Positions 1 to 12,092 of a DNA stretch of 64,000 bases are shown here, piece by piece. This stretch comes from Takakia lepidozioides. Taxonomy: Eukaryota > Plantae > Bryophyta. The stretch spans positions 90,272,001-90,336,000 of the forward strand of contig CM060731.1 of the NCBI GenBank assembly GCA_030704615.1. Reading direction: 5' to 3'. Position 1 is the stretch's first letter. Each line of letters opens with the position of its first letter. Under the pieces are notes generated by a model. That model saw only the letters and a list, made by a program, of their open reading frames with translations, was not told the origin of the DNA and did no database searches. Made by a program: the position numbers and the translations under genes.

Positions 1-62
1 ACCAGCCTCAAAAAGGTTAAGGCCAGATGAAATCCAAAGAGTTATAGAGGGAGAGGGAGAGA

Positions 63-1097
63 GGGAAGATATTCTTGTCATGTCAAGACATGGACAAGAC
101 CCACTAGGGTCATTGTCAATTAAAGACATAAACAACCCAAAACAGGGCACCATCTAACATTTCCATTCTTGTCATAGCTTCCCATGAATTGACATCACCC
201 AATCAGTCATGATAAAACAGGGTGGGAGGGCGGGGTTTGTTCATGTAGGGGATGCAAGCATCTTGAACACCCGTGATCCGGCCATCTTGGCAAATGAATC
301 ATGTGTTCATGTGTGGGACAAGATAAGATATTGCTACCCCTGTGCAGGTTGCAAGGCCTCTTGGTTCAGCCTGCACACATACCTTACCAGCTTGTCATGT
401 ATTGAAGGAGCATAAAAATGTTGAGGTCATGCAAAGGGCAAGGTACCATGGTCCAGCCTGCCCTATTACCATTTCAAGACATGTTTTCACACATACATCT
501 TGGATATGACCCACAAGTTGCAGTATCTTACCTTTTCAGCCATTAATTATGGCAGGTCATGCATCAGCCAAGGCATAAGGACCAGCTTGGAATTTGTCAG
601 AATCACAATATGCCACCAAGTAGTCCTACTTGGGCATGATGAAATAAATTCCATATCATTTGTATTCACCCCGAGACATGTGATCATACAAGGTGTCAAG
701 GGAATGTGAACTCAGCCTGTCAAATTGCAGGTTCAAGACTTGTACATACAAGCAGCTTGAACAGCCGAGATCTAGCCTCTTTTGCATATAAAAAACCAGA
801 TTGCAGGTCATAGGCCTGATGTCATGACAAAGCCAAAACTATAGGTAGGATCCCATTGCAACTTACCATCCTCATCCTTCAAGAGTTCCATGCTAAAGCA
901 TGCAAAGAACACCACATTGTGATCTAGTACTCAACAGAAACAGGCCCGAAAAGGAGCAGGTTGGTGCCTTATCAGGCTGCTGCCATACCCTTCAAGGCCA
1001 CCATGTCCATAGAGACCCAAAACCGCCAAAAACATACCACCTAAAACCAAATCCTCTTTGGCCAAAAGAACTTACAACCTAGCTCAATAATCCACAG
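63..1097 (+). repeat. Dispersed repeat, inverted copy of 35535-36485 (degenerate TE-derived)
   Basis: Long stretches are the reverse complement of 35535-36485, e.g. GTCATAGCTTCCCATGAATTGACATCACCCAATC, and the peptide end KPxPLWPKExTT appears in ORFs 900..1082(+) and 35550..35774(-). Confidence 0.85.
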
Positions 1098-2154
1098 GCC
1101 CTGCTGTCAAAGATCAAGAGGTAGGGTATGGTTTGTATGCAAGCCTCAGGAGACAAGCCAGTCAGGCCGAGCTGCGCATCGACGGTAGAACGACAAAGGC
1201 CAAAAACCAGGCAGTAGCATGCCAAACCAGGAGCAGTCGGGTTGAAATCGGGGCTGCAGGCAGCAGCCACCTCACAGCGCAAAAACCCACAGGTCTTCTC
1301 AGCCCATATCCCAATTTGCATGCTCAAGAAGCTTCAAAGTAGGTGAGGATCCTCACTTGGTCCCATCACAAGCCCCCACAAAAACCAACATGTTAGTGAG
1401 GATTGTGGAACCCCAGGTGAATCACAGACCCTCACACTTGTCATCGATGTCAACTAAAAAACTCAAAAGCAAGAGAAAGAGATAAGAACATGAGAATCCC
1501 TAAACTCCAAAGGCACCTTAAGCGATTGGAGAAGAGGGTTATGCGCCATCACCACCCGCAGCAAACCGCCTCCACAAAGCACATAAGCAATGAAGTAAAG
1601 CAGGCACAATCGCAAGGCACTAGAAAGGAGGGAGAGAACTTCCCATCATAAGCATCCTTGCTAAGCACAGAAAAAGCCAGAGAAGGGAAGATGCCACTGC
1701 ATTCATAGCAGTGTTTCCCGCTGCAAGAGAGACAAGGCGCCGCCTTCGCGCCCCCCCAAGGCGCTCATCCAGCATGGGTACGACACCACAAACGGGGCAG
1801 CCACCGAAGCACGTCCGCCATAACACTCTCCTCGCGAGCTCAGAAGCACGTCGCGTGCTTCTGACAGCGGGAGAGACGACACAGGGTTGTCCCCCAATTA
1901 TTCATCTGTGGATGAAAAATAGTAGGGCACATCCGTATACCCTGACGGATTTCATCCGCAACAAGGTTAAAAATAGGTTTTGGGGTAGGGGTTAGGGTTT
2001 CCACCGTAATTAATCATAATTAGGGGTAGTAAAGATCAATTCTAGGCCATAATCACATCATCCATAGACAGATCACTTGTGTCAGGATGAAAAAGTAGGG
2101 AATATCATCCGTGGTAGCGCCTTACCTCCATCTAGGTAATTCTATCATTCCTCA

Positions 2155-2405
2155 CCAGACCATCCGGTATGGATAAAAAGAGTCAATAAAAGAGGAATGA
2201 AAAATTATCACCCTGGTAGTTTTTCATCCGGTACGGATGGAAAAACAGGATGCTGTTGGCAACCTTCATAGAGGTAATTCTTTTCTTCCATGGTGACTCA
2301 TCCGGTATGGATGAGAGTCAATAAAGGAGGAATGAAAAGGCCAAAAGAACCATCCTAGAGGTAATTCAGAGTCCATCCTGGTGGCTCATCCGGTATGGAT
2401 GAAAA
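2155..2405. repeat. Cluster of short palindromes TCATCC-GGTAT-GGATGA
   Basis: Copies at about 2160, 2223, 2298 and 2385; resembles subterminal repeats of a DNA transposon. Confidence 0.6.
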
Positions 2406-2459
2406 AGCCTGATAGAGGATGAGAAAACAAGAAGTCAACACTGATAGCAAACTGCCAAT

Positions 2460-3240
2460 TCCCAGTAGAGAGGGAGAGAGAGGGAGAGAGGGAGACCTAT
2501 GAGGGAAAAAAAAGAAAAAAAAAGGTGGGGGGATGACTGAGCAGCTTCCCTTTTTCCCCTCATCTCTCCCTCTGTCCAATTAAGATGTGGAGAGAGAGGG
2601 AGAGAGAGGGAGAGTTGAGGGAAAAAAAAACAAAAAAGAAGGTGGGGTTATTTTTTCCCTCATCTCTCCCCCTCTCTCCCTCTCTCCCTCTCTCCCTGTC
2701 TCTCCCTCTTTCCCCTCATCTCTCCATCTATCCCTGTCTCTCCCTCTTTTCCCTCATCTCTCCCTCTGTCCAATCAGGATGTGGAGAGAGAGGGAGAGAG
2801 AGGGAGAGTGTTGAGGAAAAAAAAAAAAAAAAATATATGGGAGGGGGGAATGACTGAGCAGCAGGAGGTGTTGAGCAGCAGTCAACCCCCCCCCATTTTT
2901 TTTTTTAATTTTTTGTTCCCCTCAGCATTCCCTCTCTCTCCCTCTCTCCCTCTCTCCCTCTCTCTCCCTCTATCCAAACAGGATGTGGAGAGAGAGGGAG
3001 AGGGATGGAGTGCTGAGGGAGAAAAAAGAAAAAAAAAGGAAAAAAAAGGGTGGGGGCGGGGGGGAGTGACTGAGCAACAGCTGCTTAGTCACCCCCCCAT
3101 TTTTTTTTTCTTTTTTTTCTTTTTTTCTTTCCGCGCGCACCCCCCTTCCCCCCCCCCCCTCATCTCTCCCTCTCTCTCCCTCTCCCTCTCTCTCCGTCCC
3201 TCCCCTCTCTCCCTTGGAACCACACCAAAAAAAAAAAAAC
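2460..3240. repeat. AG/CT low-complexity repeat with nested inverted blocks; related copy at about 15270-15540
   Basis: GAGAGAGGGAGAGAG blocks alternate with CTCTCTCCCTCTCTC blocks and A/T/G/C runs; shared GACTGAGCAGC and GATGTGGAGAGAGAG units recur near 15450-15535. Confidence 0.8.
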
Positions 3241-5059
3241 ATTAACGTGCTGAGTGTAGTTTGCCCAATTACTAGCCCCGATCAGGGCGTGGGCGTTCGG
3301 CTCAGCCTTGAGCCTTGGCAAACTACCCCTTTATAGATTTGAAGAGAGCGTGTCTGGTGAGAGAACCCCGAACAGTGAATCAGGAAATGGATATTGTCAT
3401 CGGGTAGCCCACACAACGGGCAAATGCACTCTCTCTCTCTCTCATCTGCTTCTGTAAGCTGTTTAAAGGTAGGCTTCCGGCCCTTCCCCTGTAAGCCCTA
3501 AGAAGCTGAGAAACGGGGAGGGAGGAAGAACCTACCTCAAACACCTGCCGCCGCCGCTGCTGCCGACTGTCTGGCGCGTGCAGGCACCCGCGTCGTCCCC
3601 CGCCGCTCTCCTTGTGGAGCCCGTTCTTTTGCTCCATGCCTGTGCATGCTCACAGAAGAGAGAGAGAGGGTCTGAGTGAGGGTGAGAGAGGGTAGGCTTT
3701 CGGGTTCCAGCAGCAAGAGAAGAAGGGAAGGTGGCATACATGCGGGGCGTTGGAGCTGGTCGCGCGGCGCGGGAGCTGGCTCTTGGAGCTCGGGCACATG
3801 CGCTTCAAAGGTGCGTTTCTCCTCCACTCTAAACCCTCTCTCACCTCCTCTTTGGTGCGCACTACAGCTCGGAAAAGAGGGGGGAGAGTGCTGCAGGCAC
3901 TTAGGCAAAAACAAAACGAAAAAGGGCGGGGTGCACGATCTTGCGATGCCCGGCCGTCGCAAATGGCGCCCCGCCTTTTTAAAAAAAAATGGGGCGTTTC
4001 CCAGCGACCCCCCTGCATCGCAATAAAAAAAAACCCATCGCAGTGACACGCTTCCCTGGACGTCGCAAAGAAATGCCTTCCCTCAGCCTTGTAAGGTAGG
4101 CAAATAGGGGGTTATTTTTGGGTTTAGGGTTTAATGGTTTTTGGGGATCTTAGGGTTTTTCTTTTCTTTTCCTTAAGGTACTGGGGTAGGGTATTTTTTT
4201 TTCTTTATGGTGCTGGGTTTTGGATTATAGGTTTTGGGTTTGGGTTTGGATTTCCAAAGGATAGACGTTAATTAGGATTCACATATCCAAAAAGTGGTTC
4301 AATTTGGTAAGCGCAATGCGCTGGGTCTCACTAAAGTTTTCCATGGTGTGAGCAACCTGAAGAGAATATCATTTTGGGTTCATTGTCCTGGGTTCTCTCA
4401 CCAGAGGGATGCTCTGCCTTTGTTTATCAATTTGAAAGTCCCCTCTTTGCTGAGGCAGGAGCCCAGGCCCTCCGGGAATGTGGCCCGGCCTTTTTGGGAT
4501 TTTTTTCTATTTCTTTATAGGAATGAAAGAAATGGTGGTGTGTGTTAATTAGGATGCGATGGTGAGGAATCATCGACCCGTTGACCTCGCAGACGGGTTT
4601 GTGGTACCACACCCGGAATGGCAACCATTGCATACCCTCGGGCATGAACACGAGGCAAGGCATGTTGCACCTGATTCAGTACGGGCCGGCAGACGCAATC
4701 GTAGAAGGGACCGGGGGCAAATTTCAGGTGATGCGGAGGATGTTGACACTCCGGGATCGAGTCGGGCGCGCCGCGGGTTGCCCCCTCGCGGACCACCCCG
4801 TGGTGAGAGCCCCAACACGTCCACCTTTGACCCCCCGACAGGATGGAGTGCTCGTGCACAAAGTGTTGGGCACGGATACCGCCGGACAGCACCAGACCAC
4901 CGAGGCGGCGACCGCATGTTGTCGAAGAACATTACAGGCTGAACAAGATTGCGGATGCGGCGAAGGTGAGTCTTTTTCAACCCCCTCTCAATAATGTTCA
5001 TTCATAGTACATTTGGTATATTTAATAATATAGTATGATTGGTATTCATACGTCAACCC

Positions 5060-6900
5060 AAATTACGACGTAAGTATTGATGCATCGTATACTACGCATA
5101 TTGCAGTCACGACTTGATGCCCAAGCTCGCAATCACATTGTACAAGAGGTATTTTGCGCCGGTGTGCTTGCACAATTTGTGCCAGAGCCTGTGCCCGATG
5201 TGACCAGTTGGTTCCCCCAGCATGAGATAGATGAGATGTGTAGGGTCTCGGGGTATCGTAGGTGTCGCATGCGTTAATATGGCTGGCGACGAGCAGGCCC
5301 ACCCCCCCCTCGGCCGGTATCCTCAAGCGGCCCCCCTGATCCGGTGTCCGGAATAATCTGTATTGGTCGGAATGACTGTATCTTGAACATAGCACAAGGT
5401 GGCAGCCGAATTGGGGATATGGGGGCTGGAAAGCAGGCCATCCAGTACCCCAATCGTTTGTGTAAATGCCATGGAGGAGGCCAGATATTTTGAGAGGACA
5501 TAGAATTTGAGATGGACGTCCCATGAGGTGGGAAGAATCTGCAGCTGTGTTTTTTGATATGCTTGTGTCCAGAGTGGGGCAGGAGGTGACTTCCCCTTAG
5601 AAGAGGCCACGGTGGCCCTTCACATCTTGTTACTGCCTGTCTTGGGTGACTCTTGTTGATCGTAGGTGTGGGTGACAATTGCAGAGCTGCTGTCAGGTGT
5701 ATCCTGAAAGTAGCTGATTGGTAGGGGGGGGGGGTCTGCCCTAAGGGAATCACTGCAGAACAAGCGGAATATGGCAGGTCAGAAGTAAGCCAAGAAGGAG
5801 ATATACTGCAATAGAGAAAGGCTCTTGGGGGTTGTACATATAAATAGAGCCGGATCCATATGAATACGAGAGCACAAAGAGGTGGGGGGATGAGGAGAAG
5901 CTTGTAATTGACAGTCGTGTGGGTGGGGGTGCATGGGCAGGGTATGGAGTAGGGGGCAGGTACGAGTGCTCTGTGGGCGTTGTTACAACACGAGGGGATG
6001 GGGGGTTGAGGCAAAGGTGCCATATTGAGTCTTGGGAGGATATGGAAGAAGGTCTTATGCCTGGAGGTGGATAGTGAGGCCCATTCAATGGCACAGGGAA
6101 GGCACTTAGGGAAGACCTTGTCAGGTCTTTGTCCATGTCTCGACGAGACATAAGTATCTTCCCTCTCTGATTTAGACCAGTGTACTTGGTGGTTCTTGTA
6201 CACATTATCAACCAATCTCCCTTCTGTTTTTTCAGTTTTATGTTTGATTTACTAACACCTTGGTCTGAGCATGACAAAAGGTTATCAAATACGTTCCTGA
6301 TTGAAGTGATGAACCCAAGGCAATGGGAAGGCCGAAGCCATGAGATATCAGCCTCCTCTCCGCCATGACCACGGTGTGGAGCAAGCAAGTCCTTCATAAG
6401 GTAAGATCTTCTCCAGCAAAAATATGTTGGCTAATTGGGCATGGAGAGTAAGGCATCCTCGAAGGTACCTGAGATAAGCATAGAACATCTATAGGGCTTA
6501 TGAATGCTGAAATTTTGAGCTAGGCCTCGGTAAGACAGCTTGCTGGAGTAGACGTGTACGCCTAATACATGATCCGGTCAATGCACATTACTCTTGTTTG
6601 CCGGTCCCCTGTAGCCGATGCCTTATGTCAGATTTAGATACCTTACGATAAGAATGAGTTCCATTTCTTTGGCTCAAATGTTTCTATGTTTTCTCCTGGT
6701 TATGGTTATGGCTTTGCTCTTTATAGCACCATAAAAAAATACCCAATTATGATATGCTGCTGGTAGATGTTTGTCTGAATATAAACCAGGTGGTAAACCC
6801 CTGCCAGACTTCATTACCTAAGTCCCAATACCTGCCCCCTTTGGTTTTGTACACATGTTTTACCCAAAACAAGGGGTGGGTAAACACTAAAAGTTTGATA
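5060..6900 (-). mobile_element. Highly degenerate TE relic, possibly a non-LTR retrotransposon 3' region
   Basis: Broken minus-strand ORFs; 6130-6760 is homologous to 36450-36930 (e.g. TACATGATCCGGTCAATGCACA). No diagnostic motif intact. Confidence 0.35.
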
Positions 6901-7169
6901 TAAGATTTCCCGATTGTTACTTTATGACAATCACTAGGGCGACTATCTCTTGTTCCCTATGCCGCTGAGCAGCTGCAATACCCCCAATGAATGTCACAGT
7001 GATTTTATCAATTGTGTCGCTACTGCTGCGGCTTCTAGTTGACCATCTACCCATGCAAGTTTCTTGTAGCTATCCTTCCACAGTGAATCATAGGTAATCT
7101 GGAGCTTGAAAATCCGGCCCACTTGGATGAATCTGCACCCACACTCTATCCCTGCTCCTTCAACTATCC

Positions 7170-8175
7170 ATGCCCACGAGGGTATTGTTCAGAATCACAT
7201 CTGGTACAATTCCAGCTTTGGTGATGCAACCATGTACCTCTTTGCATGTGCTTTCCAAGGCTGCCAGGCTTACACGCACTGCAAACGCACACAAACATGA
7301 TGTGGTCGAGCTTCACCCCTTCCCCCATCATTTGCTTTCAGGTCTCCAAAGCCCCATTCCGCGCTCCTGCTCTGCACGCCCTCACCACAAGGGCATATTT
7401 CAAAACGACATCAGTTCAATTCCAGCTTGGACGATGTTACCACGAACCCCGTCTTCACTCATTGCCTACTCTAGTTAAGTGCAATTATGGGCTAGGCTGA
7501 TACCACATCTCATTCAGCCATATTATCAAACTGCATGCCATTTGTATCCTTGTAGTTGTACCCAAACTTGGCATACATGTCCACTACGGCAACGTTCAGA
7601 ATCACATCAGATACAATACCAGCTTTGACGATGTTACTGTGGACCTCTGCACCCTTTTTCAGGGCTGTCAGGCTTGCATTTGATATACATATCCACCAAG
7701 GTAGTGTTTAGAGACATCTAGTGGTACAATTTCAGCTTTGAAGATGTCACCATGGACCCCCCATGGACCTTTGCGTCCTTTCCAGGGCTACCAGGCTCGC
7801 ATTTGACATACATCTACACCAGGGGAATGTTCAGAATGACATTAGGTACAATTCCAGCTTTGATGATGTCACCATGAACCTCTTGGCCCCTTCCCAGGGC
7901 TTCTAGGCTCGCATATGCATATTACAAACACAAATGAAACATGACCTGGTCTGGCTTCATCCTTTCCCACATCATTTGCTCTTAGGTTTCCTTAATCCCA
8001 CACCCATGCTGCACATACCTTGCAATCATGGCACTCCACAACACCACATCTCATTTAGCCATGTTGTCGAACTCTCCCTTCGCATTAGACTTGCTGTACC
8101 CACACTTGGCATACATGTCCACCAGGGCAGTGTTCAGAATGACAACTAGTACAATTTCAGCTTTGACGATGGCAC
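7170..8175 (-). pseudogene. Degenerate pentatricopeptide repeat (PLS-type PPR) gene fragments
   Basis: Minus-strand translation gives repeated PPR-like units (KEVHGCITKAGIVPDVILNNTLV, EVHSNIVKAGIVSDVILNVAVVDMYAKFG, DMYAKCG, FDNM..DVVLW) with stops and frameshifts. Confidence 0.8.
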
Positions 8176-8690
8176 ATGGCCAAGAGTTATCCCAATATCC
8201 TGCTACCAATGAGTTCAATGCATATCCTTGTCACATTGGCAGTATCATGTCAAAGTCACTCCAAACTAGATTCACTCAACAACTAACTTGCAGAATTCAA
8301 CATGAAAATTTAGGGCCAATTCTGATAAGAGGGGAAAATAGGGTGAAATGTGTTGAAGAAGGTGCCTTCATTAGCAGTGCCTGATTTTATCAATTGTGCC
8401 GCTGTTGCTGCGGCTTCCAGTTGACCATCTACCCATGTAGGTTTCTTGTATCTATCCTTCCATAGGGTATCATAGGTATTGTGGATCTTGAAATCCGGCC
8501 CTCTTGGATGAATCTAGACTCACACTCTATCCCTGCTCCTTCAGCTATCTATGCCTCTGCACAAAATCATGCATACATCTTTGCCTTTCTGCTAGCAGCT
8601 GAGAATGACAGCCTAGAATTGTTCCAGCAAACACCCCCAACCCTACTTATCAACGAGCAACGAGTTAACTTATAGAATTCAATATGCATC

Positions 8691-9776
8691 TCAGGGCCGT
8701 GTCTGGTGAGAGGGCAAAACAGGCTGAAATAGGTCGAAGAAAAAGGTGCCCTCACCACATTGTCCTTGACCTTGTGTCATGACCCAACTTTCCCACTAAC
8801 ATTAGCAGTCCGCAAGTAGAACTGAGGCCTGTAGTTGGAAAGGAAGGCTGTGTGCCGCCCTCCCTCCTCTTTCGTGAGCACATAAATCTCTGCTTCAAAC
8901 TTCTTATGAATCTTCACTGTCCCAGGCTTGCAGATCATCTGGTGCCATTCATCCAATCAGTCCCATATGTTTTTCCTTTGCAGGCACATTACTAGGGAGC
9001 TAGCGCCACGGCTAGTCATAAGAAATCCAACATTGCAAGCTGTAAAGACAGATGAAGTAATACATTACAACAATTTTGCCATGAGAAGCGTGCAATGACA
9101 TTGTTACCTGCCCACGCTATACTTCATCCCGCTTTAGGCCACGAATTAACAACCCCACATTATCCCTTGCCTGTTTCACATATCATATCATAGAATCACT
9201 CCATTGTCCTTTTGCGACAATGAGTTATCAAACAAATTTAAAACTTACCACATATAATAGGGGAATATTGTATTGTCACCCACAATTTCATAGCCTAGTT
9301 TGGCATAGCGCCATAGTTAAATTCTCACTGATGTGCCTGAAATGGTTCAAACTTAAAACATCAGCATGATTCAAGTTGTGAAGGCTCATGCCAAGATGTA
9401 GTGCAGCACTGTAATGCCAGATGCAAAGGGAATAAATGAATCCTTCAGGATATATGGGCCCAGGTTATTAAAGCTACATTACATGAGATCCATGTGGAAT
9501 ATTAAGATTATGCTTCCAACATCTGAAAGAAGACAAGTAAATACCTGACCCTGATCGAGTTGCTTCTTAAACATCTCAACACCAGTCACTGTTGTTTTTA
9601 GATTAGCTCCTTGCAGTCAAATCAGGCAGGGAAGTGAATCACGCAAAAACTCATGCCAGCTCTACTCCGTGCTGCGAATTCAGGGCCGAGTATGATGAGA
9701 GGGCAAAACAGGCTGAAATAGGTCGAAGAAGAAGGTGCCCTCACCACATTGTCCTCGACCTTGTGTCATGACCCAT
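8691..9776 (+). repeat. About 95 bp direct repeat (8691-8786 and 9680-9776) bracketing the EF-Tu fragment
   Basis: TCAGGGCCG..GAGAGGGCAAAACAGGCTGAAATAGGTCGAAGAA.AAGGTGCCCTCACCACATTGTCCT.GACCTTGTGTCATGACCCA occurs twice. Confidence 0.9.
8785..9615 (-). pseudogene. Three-exon internal fragment of a mitochondrial elongation factor Tu gene
   Basis: Exons at about 9615-9545 (KTTVTGVEMFKKQLDQGQ), 9170-9108 (ARDNVGLLIRGLKRDEV*RGQ, internal stop) and 8938-8785 ([51 protein letters not shown]); GT-AG introns retained; both gene ends missing. Confidence 0.9.
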
Positions 9777-10074
9777 GGAGGATTTGACTGACCATGAACC
9801 CAAACAGACCTCTTGTGTGTACTGCTTGTGTCTGTAGTCCGGTAATGTCGGATTGGTCCATGAGAACCACCACAGTGCAGCTGAGCAAGCAAAGATTGAA
9901 ACACGACCTGCTAAGACCAAGCTGACTCTCCAAAGAACCTTGTAAACAGCAGGAAGAATACCAAATCATGGTACTAACAGTCGCCAAGAGCCCACATTTG
10001 CAGGATGGACAAACTTCTTCACATTGTACATTGAGAAAAAGCCACACCTTGCGATTGCGGTTGTCCATCGTGAA

Positions 10075-10152
10075 GGTGGCCAGCCGCTTCCCATAGTAGT
10101 CGATGGCCACATCGTGCACCACATCTTCATGCCCCGATTCTAGGGTTTGAGT
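10075..10152 (-). pseudogene. SEC13: SEC13 N-terminal fragment (first WD40 repeat)
   Basis: TQTLESGHEDVVHDVAIDYYGKRLAT matches the conserved SEC13 N-terminus; the rest of the gene is absent. Confidence 0.85.
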
Positions 10153-10614
10153 CCTTGTCAGCCCCCTATCCCACCAGCTCCACTCGTCATCTCTCATGAT
10201 CAGACTCGACACTAAAACAAAACAAACATAGCTCCGCCCTGTTCGACGTCTCTCATGATTAGACTCGACACTATAAGAAAGCAAACACAACTCCGTCCTG
10301 TTTGTCGTCCCTCACGATCAAACTCGACACAAAGAAAACAAACAGATGGCAGGCGAGACAAAAAAAAATGCTAAGTCCCCTCTACTCATGATTAGATGGA
10401 TGAATGTAGCAATAGATGGATGGATTTTGGGTTTTCCATCAATACATCCATCCATTCATTTGTTTTCCATTTTTTGGCCATTTTAATTTCATCCATTTAT
10501 CCAAAATGAATCTTTAAATGAGTTTCACTGTCAGTTCATCCAATAGCTGCCAGCTCAGCATTTGCATTATCATTTGTTCCTAGGTTCATCCAATAGTTGC
10601 CAGCAAGGCGTTTG

Positions 10615-10990
10615 TGTATCATTCGTTGAGATAATACAGTTGTTTTGTTTCACTAACCTTAACCAGCAGTCGATTAGTTTACTATTAATCTGCTGGGTCT
10701 GCTTAACACTGCGACCGGCTACTAGGAAGTTCCCTAAGAAGCTTCCCCAATGGAGTTTCTTGATGGAGAAGTTTCCTCCGAAGGAAGCTTCCTGAGTAGT
10801 TTCCCAAGTTACTCTCGATAATTTGGTAAACTCCCGATAACTTGGTAACCAATGATAACTTTTGGTAAATCGTGATAGATCATGGTAAATCACGGTAACT
10901 TTCAGTAACATGATAACTTGATAACTTCTGGTATTTACTCCTGGTAAGTTCCTCTGGGCTATGTCCGTGATATCACCCCCTCCTCTAGCG
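10615..10990 (-). mobile_element. Polypurine tract plus probable 3' LTR of an LTR retrotransposon; left boundary approximate
   Basis: Minus strand reads CTCGAGGAACTCGACGCTAGAGGAGGGGGTGA (Gypsy-like PPT context) then TATCACGGAC, a probable decayed TGTCAC LTR start. Confidence 0.45.
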
Positions 10991-11107
10991 TCGAGTTCCT
11001 CGAGGAGCGGTAAAATCTTGGACTTGCTTAGAGTTGGAGAAAATCCAAAATCTGGCGAATGATACTTGCCAAGTAGGCCGATTGAGCTCATGCAATCGCC
11101 CATTGTT

Positions 11108-12091
11108 TCAATGGTCTTGATGAGGGAAGTGACTTGTGTCGCGTGGCCTATCCCACTTCTTTTCCGGTCGGAAAGAATCACCCTCCCGCCGGACCTTCTT
11201 GTGGTTCAGCTCCGTACGGCCCTGTCTTTCGCCCTTAGGGACATCCGAGAAACATTCAGCCCTTTCAATTGCCTCGTTCAAAGTCTTTGGTGGCCTCTCC
11301 TCCAACTTCCGCCTAGCCCATGGGGCCAGTCCCGCCACAAAGTTGAAGACCATTTTTGGTTCCGCCATATCCGCGAAATCGAACAACAGCACATTGAAAG
11401 CCTGAACATATCCCCGAATGTCATCCGTTTGCTTCAAGTTCCTCATCTTATCTCGGGCGAGCCAGGATGCGTTGAGGGGCACAAACTGTCTTTTCATAAG
11501 TTCCTTGAACCCACTCCAGCTCAAGGTTTCTGGGTTTGGCCCTTGGTCATGAAGGCGCTTCTGCCACCATTGTTGAGCATAGCCCCTCAAATAGGTGGGA
11601 GCCACTTCCACCCGATCCTCGTCACTCAACTTGGCCGTCCGGAAGTACTGCTCCAGCTCCAAGAGCAAGGTGTTGAGTGCCTTCCGATTTCGGACGTCCT
11701 CGAAGGTGTTGGGTTCCTTAGGCTTCACCTTAAACTTCGCTTGAGTGGAAGTGGCATTAGCCGCCCTCATCACGTCTTTCAACGTCCCGCCAAACTGCGC
11801 CAACAACCCTTCCCAAAAGGCTGCTAGCATGGGAGACATCTGTTGGTCTGGCGGAGCCTTCGGGAAGTCCTCGGGCTCCGACTCCCCAAATTCCTCCCGT
11901 TCTTGAGCGGCATCGCTTTCAGAAGCATAAATCGCCTCTTCCATTTGCCGCTTTGGTGACACGTCACCCCCACCGGGCTCACCAGGATCATCGTCTTTCG
12001 GGCCGTTCCGCTTTCGCGTTGTTTTGCCCGACCCCATGGTGAGGCCGATCTCAAGGACGATCGCGTATTGAACTCTAAGCTTTGATACCAA
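11108..12091 (-). CDS. gag: Ty3/Gypsy Gag (retrotransposon gag domain), 3' truncated, no pol
   Basis: KPKEPNTFEDVR..LLELEQYF..YLRGYAQQWW..LSWSGFKELMKRQF..LKQTDDIRGYVQAF..FVAGL..PKTLNEAIERAE; lies directly downstream of a PBS and LTR. Confidence 0.9.
   Translation of the reverse strand: MVSKLRVQYAIVLEIGLTMGSGKTTRKRNGPKDDDPGEPGGGDVSPKRQMEEAIYASESDAAQEREEFGESEPEDFPKAPPDQQMSPMLAAFWEGLLAQFGGTLKDVMRAANATSTQAKFKVKPKEPNTFEDVRNRKALNTLLLELEQYFRTAKLSDEDRVEVAPTYLRGYAQQWWQKRLHDQGPNPETLSWSGFKELMKRQFVPLNASWLARDKMRNLKQTDDIRGYVQAFNVLLFDFADMAEPKMVFNFVAGLAPWARRKLEERPPKTLNEAIERAECFSDVPKGERQGRTELNHKKVRREGDSFRPEKKWDRPRDTSHFPHQDH
12079..12090 (-). promoter_or_regulatory. Primer-binding site (tRNA-iMet type)
   Basis: Minus strand TGGTATCAAAGC, 2 nt after the LTR end ...TGACA. 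Confidence 0.85.
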
Positions 12092-12092
12092 G

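Noticed and set aside
2355-3245. ORFs rich in ER, SL, K and F
   Set aside because: Products of low-complexity AG/CT sequence.
4110-4250. Telomeric array
   Set aside because: Only scattered degenerate TTTAGGG-like words, not a tandem array.
4840-4970. Possible exon ECSCTKC..VVEEHY resembling a CACTA transposase-associated zinc finger
   Set aside because: Too short, with no supporting transposase or CACTA termini seen.
8785-10152. Functional EF-Tu or SEC13 genes
   Set aside because: Only fragments are present, and EF-Tu has an internal stop.
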